A DNA stretch of 64,000 nt from assembly GCA_902525035.1 (NCBI GenBank), contig CABZFN010000001.1, positions 70,010 through 134,009 of the forward strand. The letters are read 5' to 3'. This document shows positions 47,242-56,087 of the stretch, in pieces. The translations under genes and the position numbers were made by a program. This DNA comes from an uncultured Alphaproteobacteria bacterium (lineage in GTDB: Bacteria; Pseudomonadota; Alphaproteobacteria; HIMB59; GCA-002718135). Under the pieces are notes generated by a model, which worked only from the letters and a program-made list of their open reading frames with translations, did not search any database and was not told the origin of the DNA. Position 1 is the first letter of the stretch; each line of letters opens with the position of its first letter.

Positions 47242-47397
47242 AAAGTGTATTTAATAACTTAAAAAACAGTTTATATTTTTTAAAATCAGCCCTTGAATTT
47301 AAATTCATTTGAGATTATATCCTAACAAAATATGACAAAAGACCTAATTTCCTAATATGCTATTAAATAATAGCTTTAACTCAATCTCTATATAATT

Positions 47398-47937
47398 TTG
47401 GCTGTAAATTTCAAAACTAAGAAAGATACTGGTCCAAGAATCAATGAGCAAATCACTGCAAGTGAAGTCAGACTAATATCAAGTAGTGGTAAACAAATGG
47501 GGATATTAAGCATTCGTGAAGCTTTAATTCAAGCAGAAGATGAAGGTTTTGATTTAGTTGAAGTGTCTCCTGAAGCTAATCCACCAGTTTGTAAAATCAT
47601 AGATTATGGTAAATTAAAATATAGAGAGCAAAAAAGTAAGAAAGAAGCAAAAAAGAAACAAAAAACAATTGAAGTCAAAGAGATTAAAATGAGACCTGGA
47701 ATTGATACGCACGATTATAATGTTAAAATTAAAGCACTTTCAAAGTTTATAGGTGGTGGTAATAAAGTTAAAGTCTCTATGCGTTTCAGAGGACGTGAAA
47801 TGGAGCATCAAAATTTAGGCTTTGATCTCTTAAAAAAACTAACTTCAGAAGTTGAAGAATATGCAAAAGTTGAAGTAGCTCCTAAGTTTGAGGGAAGACA
47901 AATAATGATGATACTTGTCCCTCAAGTTGCTAAATAA
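47398..47937 (+). CDS. infC: Translation initiation factor IF-3
   Basis: 179 aa with INEQI.ASEVRLI, GFDLVEVSP...PVCKI.DYGK and a C-terminal domain. There is no ATG. In-frame candidate starts are ATA 47392, ATT 47395 and TTG 47398. Confidence 0.9.
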   Translation: MAVNFKTKKDTGPRINEQITASEVRLISSSGKQMGILSIREALIQAEDEGFDLVEVSPEANPPVCKIIDYGKLKYREQKSKKEAKKKQKTIEVKEIKMRPGIDTHDYNVKIKALSKFIGGGNKVKVSMRFRGREMEHQNLGFDLLKKLTSEVEEYAKVEVAPKFEGRQIMMILVPQVAK

Positions 47938-47991
47938 TTCTACATATTGCAAAATACTCAATTATCAGTATAAGCCTTTCAAACTTGTTAT

Positions 47992-48007
47992 GGCCTGCGG
48001 GGCAGCC
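47992..48007 (+). promoter_or_regulatory. GC-rich hairpin in the rpmI-rplT leader (candidate ribosomal-protein autoregulatory structure)
   Basis: GGCCUGCGGGGCAGCC: 13 of 16 nt are G/C in an otherwise AT-rich spacer. It can fold as a 5-bp stem with one bulge. It lies ~33 nt upstream of the rpmI ATG, which has a clear AGGAGA SD at 48029-48034. No U-tract follows, so it is not an intrinsic terminator. Confidence 0.25.
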
Positions 48008-48039
48008 TAACGGGTAAACTTATAATATAGGAGATAGTA

Positions 48040-48240
48040 ATGCCCAAGCTTAAAACTAAGAGTAGTTTAAAAAAAAGATTTTCTAGAACAGGTACCGGTA
48101 AAATTAAATTTAAACCTGCTGGAAAGAGACATGGAATGAGTAAACGTTCCAATAAATTTATTCGTAACACTAAAAGATCTGCAATTATGTCATCAGGTGA
48201 CTCTGCTTTGATTGATCATATGTTACCATACAACAAGTAA
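48040..48240 (+). CDS. rpmI: 50S ribosomal protein L35
   Basis: 66 aa beginning [13 protein letters not shown]. It lies between infC and rplT. Confidence 0.93.
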   Translation: MPKLKTKSSLKKRFSRTGTGKIKFKPAGKRHGMSKRSNKFIRNTKRSAIMSSGDSALIDHMLPYNK

Positions 48241-48250
48241 GGGGAAATCA

Positions 48251-48604
48251 ATGGCAAGAGTATCACGAGGTGTTACAGCAAGAGCTAGACACAAAAAAGT
48301 AATCAAAAAAGCAAAAGGTTATTACGGTAGAAGAAAAAATGTTTTTCGAGTTGCTGTGCAGGCTGTCGAAAGAGGCATGCAGTATGCTTATAGAGATCGT
48401 AAAAAAAGAAAAAGTGATTTTAGAGGTTTATGGATTCAAAGAATCAATGCTGGTGTTCGACTTCATGGTTTAACATATTCACAATTTATATCTGGTCTTA
48501 AAAAATCATCTATAGAAATAGATAGAAAGATTCTAGCGGATCTTGCAGTTAACCAGCCAGAGACTTTTAAAGCTTTAGTTGATAAAGCTCAATCTGCTAG
48601 ATAA
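48251..48604 (+). CDS. rplT: 50S ribosomal protein L20
   Basis: 117 aa from the ATG at 48251 ([24 protein letters not shown]), the canonical L20 N-terminus. The track ORF start at 48212 is an upstream in-frame extension. Confidence 0.95.
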   Translation: MARVSRGVTARARHKKVIKKAKGYYGRRKNVFRVAVQAVERGMQYAYRDRKKRKSDFRGLWIQRINAGVRLHGLTYSQFISGLKKSSIEIDRKILADLAVNQPETFKALVDKAQSAR

Positions 48605-48633
48605 TTTTAATTAATAAAATATAATAGATATTG

Positions 48634-49692
48634 ATGGCATTTGCTGAAAATAAAATTGATCTTCTAAAAAAAATTAAATCTTCAAAATCCTTCGAAGATT
48701 TAGAAAAACTTCGATTATATTATTTAGGTAAAAAAGGATTAATACCTGAAGCTTTAAAAGGATTAGGTTCTTTGTCAATTGAAGAAAAAAAATTGAAAGG
48801 ACAGGAATTAAATATTATTAAAAAAGAAATTGAAGAAGGTATTAAAAACCAAAGAACAGAAATTGAAAATATTGAAATTTCAAACAGGATTAATTCAGAA
48901 TCAATTGATGTTACTCTACCACCTAATATTTCTGAAAAAGGAAAAATACACCCAATTAGTCAAACAATATTTAATATTATAGAAATTTTTGGAAATTTAA
49001 ATTATGCAGTGGAAACAGGTCCAGATATAGAAACAGATTTTAATAATTTTACAGCTTTAAATATACCAGAACATCATCCAGCAAGAGAAATGCAGGATAC
49101 TTTTTATATTCAGGATAACGGAGACAAAAATGTTCTTCGAACCCATACTAGCCCTGTTCAAGTAAGAACTATGCTCCACACAAAACCACCTATTAAAATT
49201 ATTGTGCCTGGCAGAACTTATAGAAGTGACTCAGATGCTACACATGCTCCTATGTTTCATCAAATAGAAGGTTTAGTCGTTGATACAAGTTCTACTATGG
49301 TTGATTTAAAATCAACACTCGTTTCCTTCTTAGAAGAATTTTTTGAAGTAAAAAACTTACAATACCGTTTTCGCCCTAGTTATTTTCCTTTTACCGAGCC
49401 CAGTGCAGAAATGGATGTAGCTTATACCAAAGTAAATAATAAAATAAAAATTGGTGAAGGAGATAAATGGTTAGAAATACTGGGTTGTGGAATGGTCAAT
49501 CCTATAGTTCTTGAAAATTGTAATATTGATTCAACACAGTATCAGGGTTTTGCTTTTGGAATGGGAATTGAGCGTTTGTCGATGCTTAAATATGGTATTA
49601 CAGATTTAAGAAGTTTTTTTGATCCAAATTATAGATGGTTGGATCATTATGGTTTTAGTATTTTGGATAATCAAACACGATCAGGTCTATAA
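48634..49692 (+). CDS. pheS: Phenylalanine--tRNA ligase alpha subunit
   Basis: About 352 aa with class II motifs (HP.R...DTF; FRPSYFPFTEPS; GFAFGMGIERL). ATG at 48634; TTG at 48631 is an alternative. Confidence 0.95.
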   Translation: MAFAENKIDLLKKIKSSKSFEDLEKLRLYYLGKKGLIPEALKGLGSLSIEEKKLKGQELNIIKKEIEEGIKNQRTEIENIEISNRINSESIDVTLPPNISEKGKIHPISQTIFNIIEIFGNLNYAVETGPDIETDFNNFTALNIPEHHPAREMQDTFYIQDNGDKNVLRTHTSPVQVRTMLHTKPPIKIIVPGRTYRSDSDATHAPMFHQIEGLVVDTSSTMVDLKSTLVSFLEEFFEVKNLQYRFRPSYFPFTEPSAEMDVAYTKVNNKIKIGEGDKWLEILGCGMVNPIVLENCNIDSTQYQGFAFGMGIERLSMLKYGITDLRSFFDPNYRWLDHYGFSILDNQTRSGL

Positions 49693-52083
49693 ATGAAATT
49701 TACTTTAGATTGGCTTAAAGATCATTTAAATACTTCTGAAAATTTAAATACTATAACAGATACTTTAACCAATATTGGTTTAGAGATTGAAAGTGTAGAA
49801 GATAAATCAGAAATATTTAAGAATTTTACAGTAGCTAAAGTTTTAAAAGCAGAAAAACATCCAGATGCAGATAAACTTAAAGTATGTCAGGTTCAAACAA
49901 TAAGTGGAAATTATCAAGTTGTATGTGGTGCCCCAAATGCAAGAGAAGGGATGCTTGGAATTTTTGCGCCAGAAAATAGTTACATTCCAGGAACAGACTT
50001 ACATTTAAAAAAAACTAAAATAAGAGGAGTTGAGTCTTGTGGAATGCTTGTATCAGAGAGAGAAATGGGTATTTCTGATGAACACGATGGTATTATTGAA
50101 ATAAAAGATAATTATAAAATTGGTGATTTATTTAGTAAAATTTTTCCAATAGATGAACCACTTATAGAAATTAATTTAACTCCAAACAGATCTGACTGTT
50201 TATCAGTTAGAGGTATCGCAAGAGATTTAGCTGCAGCTGGTATTGGTAAACTAAAAGAATTAAAATATAATAAAGTAAAAGAATCATTTAAAAGTCCAAT
50301 TACGTGGAAAAAAGAATTTGAAAACAATAATCTATGTCCTGGGGTATCAGGTCGATATTTCAAAAATGTTAAAAATGTAGAGAGTCCTAAATGGCTTCAA
50401 GATAGATTAACTGCAATCGGATTAAGACCCATTTCAGCTCTTGTTGATATCACAAATTATATTACTTTTGATTTAGGAAGACCACTACATGTTTATGATG
50501 CTGACAAAGTTTCAGGCAATTTAACAATGCGATTAGCCAATAAAAATGAACAGTGTTTAGCACTAAATGAAGTTAATTATAAATGTGACAGTGATATGAT
50601 TGTAATTTCTGATGATGAAAATAAACTTCATGGAATTGGAGGGGTTATGGGTGGTCTCGATAGTGGTTGTAGTATGGAGACTAAAAATGTTTTTCTAGAA
50701 GTTGCGTTATTTGATCCGGTTTCTGTCACTAAAACTGGAAGAAAACTTAATCTTCAAAGTGATGCACGTTACCGTTTTGAAAGAGGGATAGATACTGATT
50801 CCATTTATTGGGGTGTAGATGCTGCAACACAAATGATTTTGGAATTATGTGGAGGTGAATTAAGTCAATTCGTTTCTTCAGAAATTAATATAGAAAAAAG
50901 TAAACCATTTATGTTTGATACAAATAAAGTGAGGACTTTTGGTGGAATAGAAATAAATAATGAGGAACAAGAAAAAATTTTAGTTTCACTTGGTTTTTCT
51001 GTTAATGAAAAAAAATCAAAATTTGAAATTCTAAGCCCTACTTTTAGACCAGATATTGTTGGTGAGGCAGATATAGTAGAGGAAATAATTCGAATTTATG
51101 GTTATAATAAAATTCCTCTTAAAAAAGTAACTAATCAAGAAGAAAAAAAGCAGATTTTAAATACCAAAACAAAAACTTTTTATAAAAGTAAAAAAACTAT
51201 GGCTCTGAATGGATATTCTGAAGTTGTAACCTGGTCGTTTATGGATGAAAATAATGCAAAAATTATATCAGATGAAATAATTAGTTTAAAAAATCCTATA
51301 AGTTCCGATTTAAATACGATGAGACCATCTACGCTTCCAAATTTATTAGAAGCAATCAATCAAAATAAATCTAGAATGTATCTAAGAGCAAAAATATTTG
51401 AAGTAGGTCCAAATTTTTCTAAATCACTACCTGATCAACAAGAAAATGTTGCCACTGCTATAGCTTATGGCCCATCTGATGAACAAAATTGGTTATCAAA
51501 TAAAAAAAATATTGATGTCTTTAGTATAAAAACTGATTTATTTGCTATTTTAGCTGATTTAAATGTACCTATAGCAAATTTGCTATATGAAAAATTAGAA
51601 GGTAAAATTTATCATCCTGGCAAATCATCTTCTTTGAGGCTTGGTAAAAACAAAATAGCTAATTTTGGAGAATTACATCCAGTTCTATTAAAAACAATGG
51701 ATGTTAATTTCAAGGTATACGGTTTTGAAATATATTTGGAGAATATTTCACAATTTCAAGAGAATAAATCTTTTTCAAAAGGAGGTTTTACTAACAATCC
51801 CTATCAAATGGTTGAAAGAGACTTTGCCTTTCTTTTCCCAAAAGAAGTAAAGGCTGGTGAGATAATTAAAAAAGTAAAAAAAATAGATAAAAATATAATT
51901 CAAAACGTAACAATATTTGATGTTTATGATGGTGATAAACTTCCAGAAAATAAAAAAAGTATTGCTTTTAGGGTACTACTGCAACCTCAAGACAAAACAT
52001 TCAACGATCAAGAAATAGAGGAATTATCACAAAAAATAATAGACCAAATATCTAAATCGCTTGATGCTTCTATAAGAAACTAA
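49693..52083 (+). CDS. pheT: Phenylalanine--tRNA ligase beta subunit
   Basis: 796 aa with an N-terminal tRNA-binding (EMAP-like) domain, B3/4 and B5 domains, and a C-terminal FDX-ACB domain. Confidence 0.95.
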   Translation: MKFTLDWLKDHLNTSENLNTITDTLTNIGLEIESVEDKSEIFKNFTVAKVLKAEKHPDADKLKVCQVQTISGNYQVVCGAPNAREGMLGIFAPENSYIPGTDLHLKKTKIRGVESCGMLVSEREMGISDEHDGIIEIKDNYKIGDLFSKIFPIDEPLIEINLTPNRSDCLSVRGIARDLAAAGIGKLKELKYNKVKESFKSPITWKKEFENNNLCPGVSGRYFKNVKNVESPKWLQDRLTAIGLRPISALVDITNYITFDLGRPLHVYDADKVSGNLTMRLANKNEQCLALNEVNYKCDSDMIVISDDENKLHGIGGVMGGLDSGCSMETKNVFLEVALFDPVSVTKTGRKLNLQSDARYRFERGIDTDSIYWGVDAATQMILELCGGELSQFVSSEINIEKSKPFMFDTNKVRTFGGIEINNEEQEKILVSLGFSVNEKKSKFEILSPTFRPDIVGEADIVEEIIRIYGYNKIPLKKVTNQEEKKQILNTKTKTFYKSKKTMALNGYSEVVTWSFMDENNAKIISDEIISLKNPISSDLNTMRPSTLPNLLEAINQNKSRMYLRAKIFEVGPNFSKSLPDQQENVATAIAYGPSDEQNWLSNKKNIDVFSIKTDLFAILADLNVPIANLLYEKLEGKIYHPGKSSSLRLGKNKIANFGELHPVLLKTMDVNFKVYGFEIYLENISQFQENKSFSKGGFTNNPYQMVERDFAFLFPKEVKAGEIIKKVKKIDKNIIQNVTIFDVYDGDKLPENKKSIAFRVLLQPQDKTFNDQEIEELSQKIIDQISKSLDASIRN

Positions 52084-53885
52084 TGACAGAACTTAGTTCT
52101 ATTCGTAATTTCTCAATTGTTGCTCACATAGATCATGGAAAATCAACGTTAGCCGATAGACTAATACAGTTTTGTGGCGGTTTAACTGATAGGGAGATGA
52201 AAGAGCAGGTTTTAGATTCAATGGAATTAGAAAGAGAAAGAGGTATTACAATAAAAGCTCAAACAGTTAGACTTTCTTACAAATCAAATGATGGCAAGAC
52301 GTACATACTTAATATTATGGATACACCAGGTCATGTTGATTTCTCATATGAGGTATCAAGATCTTTAGCAGCGTGTGAGGGGTCTTTATTAATAGTTGAT
52401 TCTACACAGGGTGTTGAGGCTCAAACATTAGCTAATGCTTATCAGGCTATTAATAATGATCATGAAATTTTACCTGTCCTAAATAAAATTGATCTTCCTT
52501 CTTCTGAGCCAGATAAAATAAAATCACAAATTGAAGATGTGCTAGGTATTGAAACAGAAAATGCTTCTCTTGTTTCAGCAAAAACAGGTGTGGGCATAGA
52601 AGATTTATTAAATAAAATTATAACTTTTCTCCCTTATCCATCAGGTGAACTAAGTAAAGAACTAAAATGTATGTTAGTTGATAGTTGGTATGACAGCTAT
52701 CTTGGTGTTGTGGTACTTGTAAGAGTTATAAATGGTGAATTAAAAAAAGGTCAGAAAATAAGATTTATGGCAACAGGTGCTACATATACAATTGATAGAG
52801 TAGGAATATTTTCTCCCAAGGCAACTGAAGTAGATACACTTGGACCTGGAGAAATTGGTTTTATAAATTCTGGTATTAAAAGTGTTTCTGATTGTAAAGT
52901 TGGTGACACAATAACAGATGATAAACTTCCAACAGAGGAAGTTCTTTCAGGTTTTAAACCATCTCAACCTGTTGTTTTTTGTGGTATGTTCCCAGTTGAT
53001 TCAGATGATTACGAACACATGCGTGATAGTATGGCTAAACTTGCTTTGAATGATTCAAGTTTTTCTTATGAACCAGAAGTAAGTCCTGCCTTAGGTTACG
53101 GCTTTCGTTGTGGTTTTTTAGGTTTGCTACATTTAGAAATTATAAGAGATCGTTTTGAAAGAGAATTTAATTTAGAGCTTGTAACTACTGCTCCATCAGT
53201 TGTTTATAAAATTTTAATGAAAGATGGATCAACAATTAATCTTCACAATCCTACGGATATGCCTGATCCAGTTAAAGTAGAAAATATTTCAGAGCCTTGG
53301 ATAAAGGCAACAATTATTGTTCCCGAAGAATTTTTGGGATCAGTATTAGAATTATGTACCTCAAAAAGAGGTATTCAGGTAAATATGAGTTATGCAGGAA
53401 ATAGACCATTAGTTGAGTATAAACTTCCACTCAATGAAGTTGTTTTTGATTTTTATGATAGATTAAAATCAATTACGAAAGGCTATGCAAGTTTTGATTA
53501 TGAAATTACAGGATATGAGATAAATAATTTAGTTAAAGTAGGGATACTTATCAATGGAGATCCAGTAGATGCTTTATCTTTAATTGTTCACAAAGATAGA
53601 TCTGAGCAAAGAGGTAGAGCACTTTGTGAAAGATTAAAAGATTTAATTCCAAGACAACAATTTAAAGTTGCAATTCAAGCAGCGATTGGAGGTAAAGTAA
53701 TTGCGCGTGAAACTGTAGCTTCATTTAGAAAAGATGTAACGCAAAAACTATATGGTGGTGATGTTACAAGAAAGAATAAACTTTTAGATAAACAAAAAAA
53801 AGGTAAAAAAAGAATGAGGCAGTTTGGAAAAGTTGATATTCCACAAAATACTTTTTTAAATGCTTTAAAAATGAATGATAACTAA
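52083..53885 (+). CDS. lepA: Elongation factor 4 (LepA)
   Basis: 600 aa with GTPase motifs ([18 protein letters not shown]) and the LepA-specific C-terminus. Confidence 0.97.
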   Translation: MTELSSIRNFSIVAHIDHGKSTLADRLIQFCGGLTDREMKEQVLDSMELERERGITIKAQTVRLSYKSNDGKTYILNIMDTPGHVDFSYEVSRSLAACEGSLLIVDSTQGVEAQTLANAYQAINNDHEILPVLNKIDLPSSEPDKIKSQIEDVLGIETENASLVSAKTGVGIEDLLNKIITFLPYPSGELSKELKCMLVDSWYDSYLGVVVLVRVINGELKKGQKIRFMATGATYTIDRVGIFSPKATEVDTLGPGEIGFINSGIKSVSDCKVGDTITDDKLPTEEVLSGFKPSQPVVFCGMFPVDSDDYEHMRDSMAKLALNDSSFSYEPEVSPALGYGFRCGFLGLLHLEIIRDRFEREFNLELVTTAPSVVYKILMKDGSTINLHNPTDMPDPVKVENISEPWIKATIIVPEEFLGSVLELCTSKRGIQVNMSYAGNRPLVEYKLPLNEVVFDFYDRLKSITKGYASFDYEITGYEINNLVKVGILINGDPVDALSLIVHKDRSEQRGRALCERLKDLIPRQQFKVAIQAAIGGKVIARETVASFRKDVTQKLYGGDVTRKNKLLDKQKKGKKRMRQFGKVDIPQNTFLNALKMNDN

Positions 53886-53890
53886 ATTTA

Positions 53891-53980
53891 GGAGAGATGT
53901 GAGAGCGGTTTAATCAGCACGCTTGGAAAGCGTGTGTAGTAGCAATACTACCGAGGGTTCGAATCCCTCTCTCTCCGCCA
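53891..53980 (+). tRNA. tRNA-Ser (anticodon GGA), CCA encoded
   Basis: Hand-folded. Acceptor GGAGAGA/TCTCTCC, D stem TGA/TCA, anticodon stem CACGC/GCGTG with loop TTGGAAA (anticodon GGA at 53925-53927), a long variable arm, T arm GAGGG-TTCGAAT-CCCTC, discriminator G, then CCA. It closely parallels E. coli tRNA-Ser(GGA). Confidence 0.93.
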
Positions 53981-53984
53981 TAAA
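53909..53984 (+). repeat. Direct repeat copy 1 (attL-like): 3' 72 nt of tRNA-Ser plus 4 nt downstream
   Basis: The 76-nt string tttaatcagcacgcttggaaagcgtgtgtagtagcaatactaccgagggttcgaatccctctctctccgccataaa is identical to 56088-56163. Confidence 0.95.
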
Positions 53985-54019
53985 TTAAGATTTTTCTTTA
54001 ACGATTTTTCAACAAAAAT

Positions 54020-54086
54020 ATGTTTCGACACACATACGGCGCACTCACGAAACCTATTTCATCTCAACATTCCTCTTGGTTAGTGG
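54020..54086 (+). repeat. C/A-rich motif copy R1 plus conserved leader
   Basis: Core tcgacacacatacggcgcactcacg (54025-54049), followed by aaccta...acatt...ttggttagtgg. This is homologous to R2. Confidence 0.8.
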
Positions 54087-54099
54087 TAAGATAATTTGG

Positions 54100-54402
54100 A
54101 TGAAATATTTTTTAATATTTGTATTTAGTTTAACGGTAATAGGATCATTAATTTATGGATTGGGATATTTATATTTAACTAATAATCAAGATTTTAGTGA
54201 GACATCTCTAAATTTTTTTCAAATATATATTACTCTGTGGAAAATATTATTTAATTTATTCAATGACGAAGCTTCTTTATTACAAAATATATTTGCACTT
54301 ATAGTTTTTTGTATTTTTATTTATTTGCATCAACTCATTTATGCAACATGCAAATATATTTACGTATATATTAGGGATGGTGGAGAAGATAAATATGATT
54401 AA
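54100..54402 (+). CDS. Hypothetical small membrane protein (module 1, gene a)
   Basis: About 100 aa from the ATG at 54100 (the track ORF uses TTG 54076), with 2-3 hydrophobic helices (FLIFVFSLTVIGSLIYGLGYLYL; IFALIVFCIFIYL). The stop overlaps the next gene's start (ATGATTAA). Confidence 0.55.
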   Translation: MKYFLIFVFSLTVIGSLIYGLGYLYLTNNQDFSETSLNFFQIYITLWKILFNLFNDEASLLQNIFALIVFCIFIYLHQLIYATCKYIYVYIRDGGEDKYD

Positions 54403-54982
54403 AAAAGATAGAATAATTCCAAAAGATCTAGAGGATATTATTAGAAATTCTGAAAGACCCGAAGCTCCATTTGCAAATAAAGAAGTTAATAGAATAGTTG
54501 ATTTAAAAATTAAGGAATACGAGAAAACTTTTAATGAACTAACACATGATTTGAGTGAATTTCAAGTTAACAATTTTAAAGAAATTAATTCCATATATAA
54601 CACAATTGAATGGCATTTAAAAATACTCAAAAAGAATGATTATCAAAATCAAATGCTTCAATGGGAACATATAAATAAATTTGAAGACAACATTAAATCT
54701 ACTATTGAATTAACCGTTTTTACGCAACATGACTTAACGATACCAAATCATTATAATCTTAATTTGGTGGAATGGCATTATTTTTATAAAGATGATAATA
54801 TGGATAGTGACTTATTTAGTATAGATATAACTATCGATAATAAAAATATTAGAATAGATAATAATGAAATTTATAGTGAGAAAAGATATTCCGAAATGCT
54901 TGGTTTTTCCTCATCCATATTCAAATATTTATATTTGGGAGGTAATTTAGAAGATTTTAACAAACCTCCAACTTATCTTTAA
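54395..54982 (+). CDS. Hypothetical soluble protein (module 1, gene b)
   Basis: 195 aa from the ATG at 54395, preceded by GGAGA 8 nt upstream. No recognisable domain. The N-terminus MIKKDRIIPKD is paralogous to that of the 55378 gene. Confidence 0.6.
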   Translation: MIKKDRIIPKDLEDIIRNSERPEAPFANKEVNRIVDLKIKEYEKTFNELTHDLSEFQVNNFKEINSIYNTIEWHLKILKKNDYQNQMLQWEHINKFEDNIKSTIELTVFTQHDLTIPNHYNLNLVEWHYFYKDDNMDSDLFSIDITIDNKNIRIDNNEIYSEKRYSEMLGFSSSIFKYLYLGGNLEDFNKPPTYL

Positions 54983-54994
54983 TTAAATAAAAAT

Positions 54995-55060
54995 AATCCT
55001 CGACACACATACGACCCACTTACATACGTTTTTTAACCTAAACATTATTTTTGATTAGTG
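54995..55060 (+). repeat. C/A-rich motif copy R2 plus conserved leader
   Basis: aatcctcgacacacatacgacccacttacatacg (54995-55028), followed by aaccta-acatt-ttgattagtg. It starts 13 nt after the stop of gene 1b. Confidence 0.8.
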
Positions 55061-55080
55061 CTATTCTAAAATCTTTTAAT

Positions 55081-55371
55081 ATGGACTCTTATATAATTAT
55101 TTTATTAGTAAGAATATTTGTTGATGTAGCTTTTTTAGTAATTCTTTTTTTTGTTCTTATTTTTGGTTCTCTTACTTTTTTAAATCGTAATGGTATATAT
55201 AATTCTGATGCCGGCCTTTATTCATGGTCAATAATGTTAGGAGGAATGATAATAATTGACTATCTATTAGTTAAAAACAATATTCCTATAGGTTTTACTA
55301 ACCTATTAAAATTGCTTGGTTTTTTAGATATTGATTGTCAAAGAATTCATATATTTAGTAAATGTATTTAA
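55081..55371 (+). CDS. Hypothetical small membrane protein (module 2, gene a)
   Basis: About 96 aa from the ATG at 55081 (the track ORF uses TTG 55051), with two or three hydrophobic helices (IIILLVRIFVDVAFLVILFFVLIFGSL; WSIMLGGMIIIDYLL). Confidence 0.55.
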   Translation: MDSYIIILLVRIFVDVAFLVILFFVLIFGSLTFLNRNGIYNSDAGLYSWSIMLGGMIIIDYLLVKNNIPIGFTNLLKLLGFLDIDCQRIHIFSKCI

Positions 55372-55377
55372 AATTAA

Positions 55378-56004
55378 ATGACTAAAAAAGAAAAAATAAC
55401 AACAAAAGATTGGGCTTACCTAGGAGATGTTAAGAATGGTAAGCCACATGGTTTTGGAAAAAAAAATTTTTATGAAAATCTAGCAGAAAAAATATTAGAT
55501 AAAAAAGTAAAACTCTCTGACAAAGAATTTAATACAAGTTTCTGTGATAGTGGTTTGGATTATTTTTCCCAATATGTAAGAGGCTCAGAGGAAGGTCACT
55601 ATAGGGAAGGAAAATTGCATGGTCTATGTAAAATTGAAATTAAACAAATTGAAATAATTCAAGAAGAATTCAAATTAAATGAAGAAGGTTTTCTCTCAGA
55701 AGGATGGAGCCAACTTCACGCGATTTTTAATAGAGGAATACCTAATGGCAACGCACTACTTTATGGCCCTGAATATTCTTCAATGACCTCTAAAGATCAT
55801 CTTAATCCAAAATCTATTAATTATGTAAGTTTTTATTATGGTTCTTTATATAGTTTTGTAAATGATCTTGAATTTGATTCATCCCAAGTAATTGATGCTA
55901 GCAATGATTTAGAAAATTTTAAATTATCACAAATAGAAAATGAACCTAGTACAAGCGATGAAGTAGTAAAAAGATTAAAAGAAGTCGAAAAAAAAATGAG
56001 GTAA
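55378..56004 (+). CDS. Hypothetical soluble protein with MORN-like repeats (module 2, gene b)
   Basis: 208 aa. The start is 6 nt after gene 2a. It has MORN-like Y.G....GK.HG.G units (WAYLGDVKNGKPHGFGKK; GHYREGKLHGLCKIE). Confidence 0.6.
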   Translation: MTKKEKITTKDWAYLGDVKNGKPHGFGKKNFYENLAEKILDKKVKLSDKEFNTSFCDSGLDYFSQYVRGSEEGHYREGKLHGLCKIEIKQIEIIQEEFKLNEEGFLSEGWSQLHAIFNRGIPNGNALLYGPEYSSMTSKDHLNPKSINYVSFYYGSLYSFVNDLEFDSSQVIDASNDLENFKLSQIENEPSTSDEVVKRLKEVEKKMR

Positions 56005-56035
56005 TCCTCGTCGCACATACGACACACTTACACAC
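56003..56035 (+). repeat. C/A-rich motif copy R3
   Basis: aatcctcgtcgcacatacgacacacttacacac, overlapping the stop codon of gene 2b. It lies 52 nt upstream of the attR-like tRNA fragment. Confidence 0.8.
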
Positions 56036-56087
56036 CCGGTATTTACTTTTTCACGTTTAATTTTTCTTAGAAACCCTACACTTTGTA

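Larger units (their letters stand above)
53985..56087 (+). mobile_element. tRNA-Ser-associated 2.1-kb islet (integrase-less integrated element or remnant) carrying two two-gene modules
   Basis: It is bracketed by the perfect 76-bp direct repeat of the tRNA 3' part. All four ORFs lack recognisable housekeeping function. The flanks (lepA-tRNA on the left, a convergent membrane-protein gene on the right) abut the repeats within 5-22 nt. Confidence 0.55.

Noticed and set aside
47988-48170. 60-aa minus-strand ORF spanning the rpmI leader and the rpmI 5' half.
   Set aside because: It overlaps the clearly real L35 gene on the opposite strand and has no motif or SD. The GC-rich hairpin inside it is better explained as leader RNA structure.
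48212-48250. Upstream extension of rplT (track start 48212, adding [13 protein letters not shown]).
   Set aside because: The canonical L20 N-terminus MARVSRG begins at the ATG at 48251. The extension overlaps the rpmI 3' end and has no homologous counterpart in L20 proteins.
54076-54086. Weak resemblance of the leader ends ttggttagtgg (54076) and ttgattagtgc (55051) to the first bases of the tRNA repeat tttaatcagcac. This could mean degenerate internal att sites from successive integrations.
   Set aside because: Only about 8/12 positions match, and similarity stops immediately afterwards. In AT-rich DNA that is within chance, so it is noted only as a possibility to test with more genomes.
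54341-54394. Upstream extension of islet gene 1b (track start 54341), and TTG starts for the small membrane ORFs (54076, 55051).
   Set aside because: The ATG at 54395 has a GGAGA SD and gives an N-terminus paralogous to gene 2b, whereas the extension lies wholly inside gene 1a. The TTG starts fall in the conserved leader, so they cannot be excluded, but the ATGs at 54100 and 55081 are the simpler calls.
54020-56035. Considered whether the R1/R2/R3 repeats are integron attC sites, making this an integron cassette array.
   Set aside because: attC sites are imperfect palindromes with R''/L''-L'/R' cores (GTTRRRY). The R motif has no dyad symmetry and no such cores, and no intI gene or attI site is present.
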